From Minutocellus sp. GHC0000111 (taxonomy: Eukaryota): 64,000 nt of DNA. The stretch lies in contig OZ361257.1 in the NCBI GenBank assembly GCA_977018835.1, positions 5,022,001 to 5,086,000 of the forward strand. Direction: 5' to 3'. This document shows, in pieces, positions 10,863-20,481 of the stretch. The position numbers and the translations under genes were made by a program. The stretch's first letter is position 1; the number at the start of each line of letters is the position of its first letter. The notes beneath the pieces are model-generated. The model saw only the letters and a list, made by a program, of their open reading frames with translations. It was not told where the DNA came from and did not search any database.

Positions 10863-11569
10863 TTAGTGTGTGTACATTACATCTAGCTCTAGATCTAGAT
10901 CTTCGGTGGTGTCTCTCTTACTCAGAGTCCAACTGAGGGACCATGAAGGCCTCGAACCCCCCTTGGTTCCAGAGAGGTTGTGATCTTTTGCAAGCAGGAG
11001 TTTTAGACTGTGCTCCATTCCACACATGAGCATAGTAAATTGGGTGTCAGATAGAGCGATATTGTTTCTCTTGCTGTACGCCTCAAGGCAGTAGGGAAGC
11101 CGCACTGATCGTGCATGGCTTCAGCAACAATTTGTCCACATCGGCCAACATCATTTCATGACGCTTATCCCACGTGTCTTCGCCCCATTCCACCTACCTT
11201 GTCGTAGGGAATTGAGACGAGTGCTTGGAGGTCTGGCTGGTCGAGGTTAAAATTCCCGCGCCCGACTTCTTTGAGCTTTCGAAGAGCGGTGGTCTGAGCG
11301 GCTTGGGGTGTAAGAGCATGCTGAGTGTGAACTGACATTGGACTTGTTGCCATGGGCGTGGCGGAGGGAAGGTCGAATGAGCTCACGGGCTTTCTCCCCT
11401 CGCCGCTTGGCTTGGCGTCGGCGGTTGCTATGCTCATCTCTGAGAATGAATCATCATCTTCATCAGAATGAGATGAAACGGTAGCTAGCGGTGCCGCGAA
11501 AGTCGGCACGCAATGTGTCATGGTGATGCAAGTGCTTCCTTGCTTGGGCTTGTTCGGCGGCGAAGCCAT
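10863..11569 (-). pseudogene. Degenerate ORF remnant convergent on the transposase, possibly a second ORF of the same element
   Basis: Broken ORFs (MASPPNKPKQG..., RLPYCLEAYS...) with protein-like composition and no recognisable domain. Confidence 0.35.
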
Positions 11570-12225
11570 CCTCTTCGTTGTACTCGCGTCGATATTTCAA
11601 CACACGAGGAGATGTGAGGTCTGACGATGCCGGTGGGATCCCTTGGTTGTCCTCCTTCGTGATAGCTAGCTGTAGACGTCATCAGCAGAGAAGAAGAATC
11701 CAATGCCGCACCCGAGTGACTGTGTCGACCAGAGGATTTCCACTTGTTGTTGGTGCGTCTGAGGGCCTGCCATGAGAGAAAAATAAGGATATTGGCAATG
11801 CTGAGGTCTGACTATCCTTATCAGTGGCAAAAATTTGAGGTCTCAAACCAAGATATGAAATGTCCTTATGCGAGCCTCGTAGATGTGTGCACGGACTGTA
11901 GCACGGACTGTAACGGTTATTCTGGCCGATATGTCTGGCCGTCGTGCGTCATTATTCGCATCAACGCCAAGAGCGAGCATCGCCTTTCAGCGCGTGCATC
12001 ACCTTTCTGGCAACGTGAAGAGCGTGCGCATCGCATAATCCCCAACAAGACGAGTGCGCAGCCATGAGGTGCGCTCGGAATGTTCTGTTGCTTAAGACGC
12101 GTTGAGCTGCGGCTTCTCTCGTTCTCACTTTTTGGTCCCAACGCTTTCTAGTTTTCGTCTCTTACCCACCATCATAACAGTATCGTCCACGCATCAACAT
12201 ATTCCCACCGAACTGGCAAAGAAAA

Positions 12226-13041
12226 ATGATGTTATCATCACGACGCCTTTGCATATTTCTCGTCTTTCTCGCTACCGTTACGATGACTTCAGCACTGGCG
12301 CTGGCTTCTCCCGAGACGCAAGACTCCACTATTCCCAAGGGTGTTGGACGCATGAGTGATGCTGCCTGGGATGATCTCGTTGATAAGTTATTTGTCAAGT
12401 ACAGCCACGGCGCTGCTGACGAAAGTAGCAGTAGTGAGGACGATAACAGTGGCATGAAGCCGACGTATGCGCACGATAAGGCCAAAGTATCGCCCTTACT
12501 CGACTCGATGTTAAATAGGAAAGATAGCCTTAGCGACGATGCCTTGGAGATCTTTCCTGCTGATGTGCTGGACTCCATCGACGACGACGAAGATGACAAC
12601 ATGTATAACATTGATGTTGAAATTGCTATCGCCGGCCCTGAGCTTTACGAAAATATCTCAGACGATGCCCTAGCTTTTCCTTTGGGCGACGGTGTCCTTA
12701 TGATTGTTGAAAGTGACGACACTGTTGATGATTTGGGTATTGGTCATCGGCACAAAAATGTTCGCCGCCGCGTCGAGGTAAAACATGAGCGCCAAGCCAA
12801 ACTTCAACAATTCGAACGTCGACTCAATTCGTTCAAGATCCGCGTGCTTCGAAAGGGGGTTCGAAAGACATGCCAGTGTCGGACGAGTACGCTCAAGGGA
12901 TGTCGACGATGTGGTGGTGCATGCTGCCATTCCATCGCCAATGGGACAGTCAAGTGTCGCGAGGGGTCACGTGACAGCTGCAGACGCATCTTTGGCAAGA
13001 AGACCAAGATCAAGTTCAAGCGACGCAACAGCTCGGATTGA
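12226..13041 (+). CDS. Secreted precursor: signal peptide, acidic region and cationic 8-Cys C-terminal domain, copy 1
   Basis: Hydrophobic N-terminus (LCIFLVFLATVTMTSALALA), Asp-rich middle, ERRL, then a K/R-rich CxC..CxxC...CC..C..C tail. Confidence 0.78.
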   Translation: MMLSSRRLCIFLVFLATVTMTSALALASPETQDSTIPKGVGRMSDAAWDDLVDKLFVKYSHGAADESSSSEDDNSGMKPTYAHDKAKVSPLLDSMLNRKDSLSDDALEIFPADVLDSIDDDEDDNMYNIDVEIAIAGPELYENISDDALAFPLGDGVLMIVESDDTVDDLGIGHRHKNVRRRVEVKHERQAKLQQFERRLNSFKIRVLRKGVRKTCQCRTSTLKGCRRCGGACCHSIANGTVKCREGSRDSCRRIFGKKTKIKFKRRNSSD

Positions 13042-13181
13042 AAAAGGGGCAAAGTCATTCATTTTAGATATATAGATCTACTCTAGATATAGTATTAACA
13101 TGCATGCACATTGGATGCATTTAATTGAGATCAACAAACCATTACATGTACAACATGTTCATGTACATTATTTTCTATTTT

Positions 13182-14229
13182 TCAGCATACTAGAGTAACA
13201 TACAAGCCGAAGTGATCGCTCGGCGATACGGGCTGGTCGACGAATTCCCCGGTAGGAACAAAGGAGCCGTAGCTAAACCTTTGCTTCTCCTTGCGATAGG
13301 TCAGACCGGCAATGACAGATGTCCCAATCATGTCGCAATGGACCGGCGCGATGCCACCACTGTTTTGGGTCCTCTCGCTGCTCCAAATCAAACAACGATC
13401 GAAACGCCGACGGAGATTGCCTCTCAGCATGTCGTTGAGTTTGGCATCGTAGGTATACCCATCCTCTCCTGGACGACATTTCAGCCAGGCATCGGTCCAA
13501 GCGCCATTACTATCACAACCAATGACCTCCAACATCTTCTCATCGTTGCCCTTGCTTCGTTTCCTCTCGTCGTCCCAGTTCAAATCACCCGTAATTACAG
13601 CCGCATCAATCCTAGTCCCATGCCGAGCCCGCATCTGAACATACTGCGTGCAGAAACGTGCCGCCTGTCGAATCTGGGCCTTGCGCTGCGCCACGCCATC
13701 GTACGGTTGACCCATGAAGCCTCCCGTGAGAAAGGATTCCAGGTGAGTGGTGGTAAATAGCACCTCGCGCGAGGACGTTCCACTGCACAGCCGCACGTGC
13801 GTCCATAGCAAACCACGTTCCATGATGGTGTCTGCATAGGGTTGAAACCCAGAGCTTACCAACTGTGCCGATACGGTGTCATTGCCATTGCCACCACCCA
13901 ACACATTTCCCGTGAGGACGGCAATGACCACGTAATACTGCCCCCGTGTCTGCCGAGGCTGCGAAATGACATGATATCCCATGGACTGCAACAATGGATA
14001 CAGCAGCTGTTCCAGATCGGACGTTACCTCCTGCAGACCAACCATGAGTGGACGTGGTTGGAGGTCGGAAATTATCGCGGAGATGGCCTCCATCCGCCGT
14101 TCGGGATGAGGATCGCCGCGGGTGGTCTGGCCGAACCATATGTTGTACGATGCCACGGCAAAGTTGGGCATTGGCCCGGTATTGTCCATGTTGCTGGTAT
14201 TGCTGGTATTGCTGTTGCCAGAAGTTTGA
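13182..14229 (-). pseudogene. 5'-truncated duplicate of the TDP2-like gene (complete EEP catalytic domain, in-frame ATG at 14189)
   Basis: Identical to the 3' part of 26154-27797. The N-terminal ~200 codons and promoter were lost at the duplication junction. Confidence 0.85.
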
Positions 14230-15340
14230 CAACTTTCTTGGCAAACCCAGCCACAGACTCTCTGGCCTCTTCAATACCGGCCAAAGGCAGCATAGTTCTG
14301 GTCATCGACCGCCTTCTTCGCGCCATCCTGGCTACTCTGGCAGCCTCTGTCGTTTCCTCTCGAGTGTGCCCATACCGATGCTCCAGGACGTTGCGTCGGA
14401 AGTGGGGTTGTATGTACATTTTCTCGGAATTTGGACCACCGTCTCTGATCCGGTGCTTTTCCCAGTCATCAACACGAACAGGCTGATGATCTTGGTGTTG
14501 CCAATCTAGGGCGATTGGGGGGCCTAGACGGCAGCAGGGGTGATCACCGAGCGTTTGTGAGTGCGAGCGGACGGAAACGGAGGAAAATGACACCGAAGAC
14601 CCAGTAGAGCCAATTGAAGTGGATCGATCTCGCCGAACTTCATTCCCTCCCGCTGAGGAAGATGCGGTTTGCTGTTGAAGACTTGCAAGACAAATAAGAT
14701 CAGGGCGGACATACACCTCAGATGATGGCTCATTATTCCCATAGGAAGAGTGACGGCGAAAAATGCTTCTGGGCTGAGATACTCGTGACGAGGCCGAAGC
14801 CATGGAATGCCGACGAGAATGCCCAGGTGGTGACGATGGCTGAGAATCTGAAGAATCGTCACTGTTGGTCGACTCCCCCCTACTTGCATTTGCATTTGCA
14901 CTTGCACTTAACCCATTTTCTTGAGGCATTCCATCTTCTTCGTCTGACGAATCCCCGTCCAAATAATTCTGCACTTCCGTCAGCGACAAACGCCGAGTCT
15001 CGATCTGCAGGGTCGTGAGCGAATGCGAACGGATGGTCTCTCGACTTTGCGCGCCAATCTCGGCCCTGGGCATGGATAATCTCCGCCCGGCCTTGTTGGA
15101 CATTGGCATTGACATTCGTTCCCCGTCTCCTCCCAGATCTACTTCGTCATCCGATTTGTCATCGTCGTCCAAGAAATCTTGGATCTCGGTCAGCGACGGA
15201 CGTCGGGTTTGATCAATGACGGAACTGGTCGACGAATGCGCCAGAGAGGAGGAGCGGCTGATGGTCTCCCGACTTTGTGCGCCGACCTCGGCCCTTGGCA
15301 TGGAGAGTCGCCGCTCGACTCTAACGGTAGAGTTGGTCAA
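14072..15340 (-). CDS. Chimeric ORF: Ser/Arg-rich protein copy 2 with its C-terminus replaced by out-of-frame TDP2 sequence
   Basis: Matches 1172-2356 up to ...FAKKVVK, then reads LLATAIPAIPATW... across the TTTGA junction. Also has a 9-bp deletion in the poly-Asp run. Confidence 0.75.
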   Translation of the reverse strand: MTNSTVRVERRLSMPRAEVGAQSRETISRSSSLAHSSTSSVIDQTRRPSLTEIQDFLDDDDKSDDEVDLGGDGERMSMPMSNKAGRRLSMPRAEIGAQSRETIRSHSLTTLQIETRRLSLTEVQNYLDGDSSDEEDGMPQENGLSASANANASRGESTNSDDSSDSQPSSPPGHSRRHSMASASSRVSQPRSIFRRHSSYGNNEPSSEVYVRPDLICLASLQQQTASSSAGGNEVRRDRSTSIGSTGSSVSFSSVSVRSHSQTLGDHPCCRLGPPIALDWQHQDHQPVRVDDWEKHRIRDGGPNSEKMYIQPHFRRNVLEHRYGHTREETTEAARVARMARRRRSMTRTMLPLAGIEEARESVAGFAKKVVKLLATAIPAIPATWTIPGQCPTLPWHRTTYGSARPPAAILIPNGGWRPSPR

Positions 15341-16105
15341 TCCCCGTGCTCATTCCGGATGATGTTTCTTTCTCGGAATCTTGTGCGCCTTTGATGCCCC
15401 CTTCCCAACTTTCCATCTGGTTGTTTTGGGGTTAGATCACAGATATCATGTAATATTAATTATGTATATTATGTGTGCGGTATTGTGTGTTCCTCGTCCC
15501 CAACGCCGCTTTGTGCTATCCTTGCTTGGAAATTGCTCTCCTTCCAGCCGCTGTCACAACCCATCTTGTCCGAGAAAGACATTCTGACAAAAAACGGGAA
15601 CAGAGCTCAGAAACGCCGAGTTCAACACCGCCGAGATGACGTTGGAAAGAAAGCAGAACATTTTGCCATGCGACTCGCTCGACTACCCAATGACGTTTTC
15701 GACTTTTCTCCGTGTCTTTCCACCTCCGCTCCAGCTCATTTTTTAGCTAGTGACGCAGAGTTTTGCTTTTCGAAGCACTGATCGTGATGGTTCGAATGCG
15801 GACAACCACCTGAATCATCGCAGCAGCACGACATGACGCATCGTTGCTCATCACGCTCACAATTTCACCACCCGCATCTGCCGCAACATCGTCAAATCGT
15901 GCAACAGCTCGTCAGCATCTTGCTCATTCTTTCCACGAACATCGTCAGAGGAGCAGCCGCATCGCCCTCTCTCACTTTTTCCAAAACTCGACACTTTGCA
16001 AGGCAATGACACATCATCGTCGCCACGACGAATCTTCATTCATTAACCTCACAACAAAGAAGTAGATCCAACTCTAACAACTCCAACAAACCAAACACCA
16101 TCAAC

Positions 16106-17513
16106 ATGTTCAAGAACAACGCCGCCACCTCTGCTACCGACGACGACAACTCGTCCGTCACGTCCGTCACTTCGGGATCCTCGGTTTCGAGCACGACCTC
16201 CTCGTCGTGGGATGCCTCCGAGGTATCCGCTGATCAGCACCAGCACGATCAGTCCCACACCGTCTCTACCGCTTCCGACGCACCCGCCTACCTCTCCACC
16301 CCCCTCGTCGGACCGCACACGGCCTACAAAAAGGTCCTCGTGACGGGCGGCGCGGGATTCATCGGCTCGCACGTGGCCGATCATCTCCTTGCCCGTGGTG
16401 ACGACGTTGTCATTGTCGATGAAATCAATGACTATTACGACACCAAGATCAAGGAGTCCAACCTCTCCCTCCTTCTGGACAAATACGGACCCGACCGCGT
16501 CGCCATCTGCCGCGGCGACATCTGCGACGAGGCCTTCATCGCCGACGTCTTCGAGTCCCACCGTCCCCAGTGGGTGTGCCACCTGGCCGCATGGGCCGGC
16601 GTCCGTCCCAGTATTCAGGATCCCTTCGTCTACATCCATTCCAACATCAAGGGCACCACGCGGCTGATGGAGCTGAGTCATCGATACGGCATCCAAAATT
16701 TCGTGTTTGCCAGTTCGTCCAGTGTGTATGGCGGTAGCAAATCCACCTTCTTTTCCGAGGAGGAGAACGTGGACAATCCCGTCAGTCCGTATGCCGCGTC
16801 GAAGAAGGCGTGTGAATTGTTGGCTTATACGTACCATCATCTGTACAATCTCAATGTTTCTGGGCTTAGATTTTTTACTGTCTATGGGTGAGTTCAAACG
16901 ATAACTTGCAGAATGATATGCTCGATTGGTGGTCTGGTTTCATACTCAATTATTGGACAACAAATTTCTCACAATATTTCATGTAATGTACTTCTCTCGA
17001 CACTACAGACCCCGAGGCAGACCCGACATGGCCCCGTTCAAATTCATCGACCGAGTCAGCCGTGGCGTCGAGCTGCAAAAGTTTGGCGACGGCTCCTCTT
17101 CTCGGGATTACACCTACATCGATGACATTGTTGATGGCGTCGTCCGGGCCATCGATCGGCCGTATCCCTACCAGATCTTCAACCTTGGCAAGGGCAGCGG
17201 TACCAGCCTGAACGAATTCATTGCCATCGTCGAGAAGCACGTCGGTAAGAACGCCAATGTAAGACAATTGCCCGATCAGCCCGGGGACGTGCCGTACACG
17301 TGTGCCGACACAGGCAAGGCCCGGCACTTGCTTGGATACAGGGCCAAGGTTAGCTTCGACGAGGGCATCCGGCGGACGTGCAAGTGGTATCAGGGTGCGT
17401 TCGATAATGTCGAGGATGTTGTCTGTCCCGAGACGCAGGCCAACGGCCTCGGCAGGGCGGCGAGTTGCATTGAGCTTGCTCAGGCCGCTGCTCCTTCGGA
17501 GGCGTGTAAATAA
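16106..17513 (+). CDS. UDP-glucuronate 4-epimerase-like SDR, copy 2 (intron 16888-17008)
   Basis: As copy 1, but with a 12-bp N-terminal deletion and an R->W change in HLAA(R/W)AGVR (16592). Confidence 0.88.
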
Positions 17514-17622
17514 ACGACCCTGTCTTCAGATATTGTAAACTAGAATTGTAAAATACGGAGCATATCGCATTTGAATTCTATCTTTGTTCTGTCAAAGATG
17601 TATGGGTGTTGTTATATAACCT

Positions 17623-18564
17623 TTACGTGCCATGGCGGGCAATAGCGTCCCCAATGAGTTCCTCGACGTTCGAATTGCCCGTGTGTGACACAAGACCCCT
17701 ACGTTTTTTCTCAGCAAGCCATTCGGCCCTTTCCTCTGTACTTTCCAACATAAAGGATTCGTGCTGACGCCGAAGTGACTGGTCATAGTCATCCTTGGAG
17801 GTAAGGCCTTTCAAGAACATAAATTTCACTGCTTTCAAGCAATACTGGTGTCCTACCCATGCCCCAGCAAGCCAATGACGTTTTGCAACGTCAAACTTGC
17901 CATCGAACATAGCGACCACCCCGAGGTTGTAGCGAGCGGCAACTTCTCCCTTCTTGGCAGCAAACTCACAAAACATATCACTTTTCTCGGTAGTATCTTC
18001 CGTTCTTTCCCGCATAAATGAAAAGCCACTTATCCCGCATTGTTGAAAAGCCTTACTTACATTTAGCAAAGCCCGAGGGGAACCAAGTTCTGCAGCCCTC
18101 AGGAAAAACTGAACAGCCTTCAATTCATCCTTCTGTAATCCTTTATTGCCATTGCAGTAATGCTCGCCCAGATGTATCATTGCCATGGAATGACCTTTTG
18201 CAGCAAGAGCTTCCAGTTTCTGGATAGTCTGGCTGGCTGTCTTGGGAAATGGTCCACGGCAGAATGGACACACAGGTTCTTCACCGGCGGCCTTGGATAT
18301 TCTTTCTTGCTTCCACGAGCAGCCGCAGCAAATCAGTTTACCACAGCAATGACAGAAATCCCACTCCGAGACAGACGTAAGAGTGACAAAACAAATGCCA
18401 CAATCATCTTTTGGCAGAGGCGGAGCGAAGAGGTCAACGTCCTTTAGCTCCTCCTGGAGTCGTTCCGCCAGCGCCTCGAGTTTGCGATGAAGATCATCAA
18501 TTGCCCTCTTTCTATCGCCCTTGGAGAGCTTACCAGCCTTGCTCTTCTTCCCCTTCTTGCCCAT
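17623..18564 (-). CDS. RING-like zinc finger plus Sel1-repeat protein, copy 2
   Basis: Same translation as 4651-5592. Confidence 0.82.
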   Translation of the reverse strand: MGKKGKKSKAGKLSKGDRKRAIDDLHRKLEALAERLQEELKDVDLFAPPLPKDDCGICFVTLTSVSEWDFCHCCGKLICCGCSWKQERISKAAGEEPVCPFCRGPFPKTASQTIQKLEALAAKGHSMAMIHLGEHYCNGNKGLQKDELKAVQFFLRAAELGSPRALLNVSKAFQQCGISGFSFMRERTEDTTEKSDMFCEFAAKKGEVAARYNLGVVAMFDGKFDVAKRHWLAGAWVGHQYCLKAVKFMFLKGLTSKDDYDQSLRRQHESFMLESTEERAEWLAEKKRRGLVSHTGNSNVEELIGDAIARHGT

Positions 18565-18851
18565 GGTCTCTCTCCCCTGTTGCACTCGCTAGTAATCGGA
18601 AGACAGCAATGGCAATTGTAGTGGAACTTCACAACGGTAGCCGGTGGGCAGCCAACTGAGAACGCATCCACCCGTTGCCGTGGGCCGTGGGCCGGCCAAG
18701 TCGTCTGGCCGAGAAGATGCATCTGACGTCATTTAGAAAAGACGAACTGAAGCAAGGCCATTTTCACGAAAAATTTCCAGCACATCATGTGATACCACGG
18801 CCAATGCGGTCCAAGATACACGCCTTGCACTTACTTCTCCCACATTGAATC

Positions 18852-20057
18852 ATGGTAGCACCACCGACAAGACGACGGGCGGGTCCGTCATTACCGGCCT
18901 CGTCCCGATCTCGGTCATTCTCACCATCATTTTCACTCGCAACGACCAGTCTTGTTCTCGCAACGGTCCTCCGAAATAACGGCGGTTGGGTCGTCCAAGC
19001 GGCATGCGACGCGGATTACTACGGTGATGCCGACTGCAACGATGCCATGGTGTCTTACAACAACGACAATGATGACGATTTTGGCATGTACGGCATGCTG
19101 GTCGTCTACTCGCTCATCACCGTCGTGCTCGGTTGGATTGCACTTTTGCACCCCTTCTTTTTCGTGCCAAAATTTCAATCCAAGGTCCGTGGGTATGTCA
19201 ATCTTGGGAATGTCCGAAAGGGTTCCATCATCAGCATGAGGAGGGGCAAGGTGTCCAACCCGTTGAGATTTTGTTTGCCTACGAGACACAATTGTTATGT
19301 TACTGTATCGTTCGACCCCAATGGTTCCGCGCCGGTAGCAGCCGCAAGTTCCGACACGACGCCGGCGGTGCCTCCCAACGAAGACGGGCCATCCACCTCC
19401 TCAAATAATAACAACAGATACAGCAACACCATCCGAAAAGAATTGGTAATCGAAGAAGAAGCCCTCCAGCTCCTCATGGACCGGTCGTCCGACACCATCG
19501 ACGTGTATACGGCCGGACCAGCGTACCCCCTGTCGGGAATGCTCAACGATCAGTACCAAGGTCATCGCATCACCCTCCCCGTCAAGATCTTCTACGCCAT
19601 TGGTGGATTAGTACTCATCGCCGTGGCACTGACGCTGAGCTTCTACGTGACGGCCGATCACATTTATAGTTCCGAGCACATGTGGAAATTTTGGTCGGTC
19701 CTGGTGGGACACATTCTGTGTCTGGGCCTGGCCTACTGGTCCTGTCACTTTGTCTATCGGAAGCGCATCGAGGCGTTGCTGTATGGTACCATTGACGATG
19801 GCACCGCCGCCTACGGACGGTGTGGCATTGCCAGCATGGAGAAGGGTGATATGGGTGCCGATGGGGTGGTCGACCTGCCCCTTCATGGAAGTGGCGGTGG
19901 AGCAGCAATCCCTGCGGTGGAGACGGGTATCAGTTCCGCAAGTATGAACAGTTTGGAGGCTGGAAGTGGACCGGCAGGCGCTGTAGCAGCGGCTTCTGCT
20001 GCGGCCACACCTGATACGAAAGGCGGTGCTGGTGATGAATACCATGCCATGGCGTAA
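18852..20057 (+). CDS. Hypothetical multi-pass membrane protein, copy 2
   Basis: Same translation as 5880-7085. Confidence 0.7.
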   Translation: MVAPPTRRRAGPSLPASSRSRSFSPSFSLATTSLVLATVLRNNGGWVVQAACDADYYGDADCNDAMVSYNNDNDDDFGMYGMLVVYSLITVVLGWIALLHPFFFVPKFQSKVRGYVNLGNVRKGSIISMRRGKVSNPLRFCLPTRHNCYVTVSFDPNGSAPVAAASSDTTPAVPPNEDGPSTSSNNNNRYSNTIRKELVIEEEALQLLMDRSSDTIDVYTAGPAYPLSGMLNDQYQGHRITLPVKIFYAIGGLVLIAVALTLSFYVTADHIYSSEHMWKFWSVLVGHILCLGLAYWSCHFVYRKRIEALLYGTIDDGTAAYGRCGIASMEKGDMGADGVVDLPLHGSGGGAAIPAVETGISSASMNSLEAGSGPAGAVAAASAAATPDTKGGAGDEYHAMA

Positions 20058-20481
20058 TGAAAAAATGTAAATCATGTTATAGTAAAATCATTTATCTGAG
20101 CTTCACCAGAAGGGTATCACATGAAGGTGTCTAAAGTTAGCAGAGCTTCACGTGTATTTCTATTTCCGAAATGGTTCACTCAGCAAAATGTTGGTTAGTG
20201 GTTTTTCAGAGGATTTGTAGAGGGTATACCAATAACCCCTAAAAAAGGTCATTCTTGCACCCATTTCTCATTTCCCACCACGTGTTTTGTTAGTCGATAT
20301 TCTCTTCGGGAGGAACGCAAATACTCCTCAACTCGTGGATATCTACTGGACCTGCTCATTCAGTAGGTTGCCACCGACCAGTAGTATCCACTGAATTCGC
20401 AGGTCCAGTAGATTCTGGCAGGAACACACATATTTTTTGGTCCCCCGCACACCCTCACCGCAACCCGCAAATTTTGTGACG

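Larger units (their letters stand above)
1232..14229. repeat. ~13-kb tandem segmental duplication, copy 1
   Basis: The sequence recurs at offsets 12993, 12984, 12972 and 12981. Breakpoint microhomology TTTGA at 1232-1236, 14225-14229 and 27206-27210. Confidence 0.97.

Noticed and set aside
1162..13134. 15-bp inverted match TTTAATTGAGATCAA (1162-1176 vs 13120-13134) as possible TIRs
   Set aside because: It does not extend or coincide with breakpoints, and a few such AT-rich matches are expected by chance in 64 kb.
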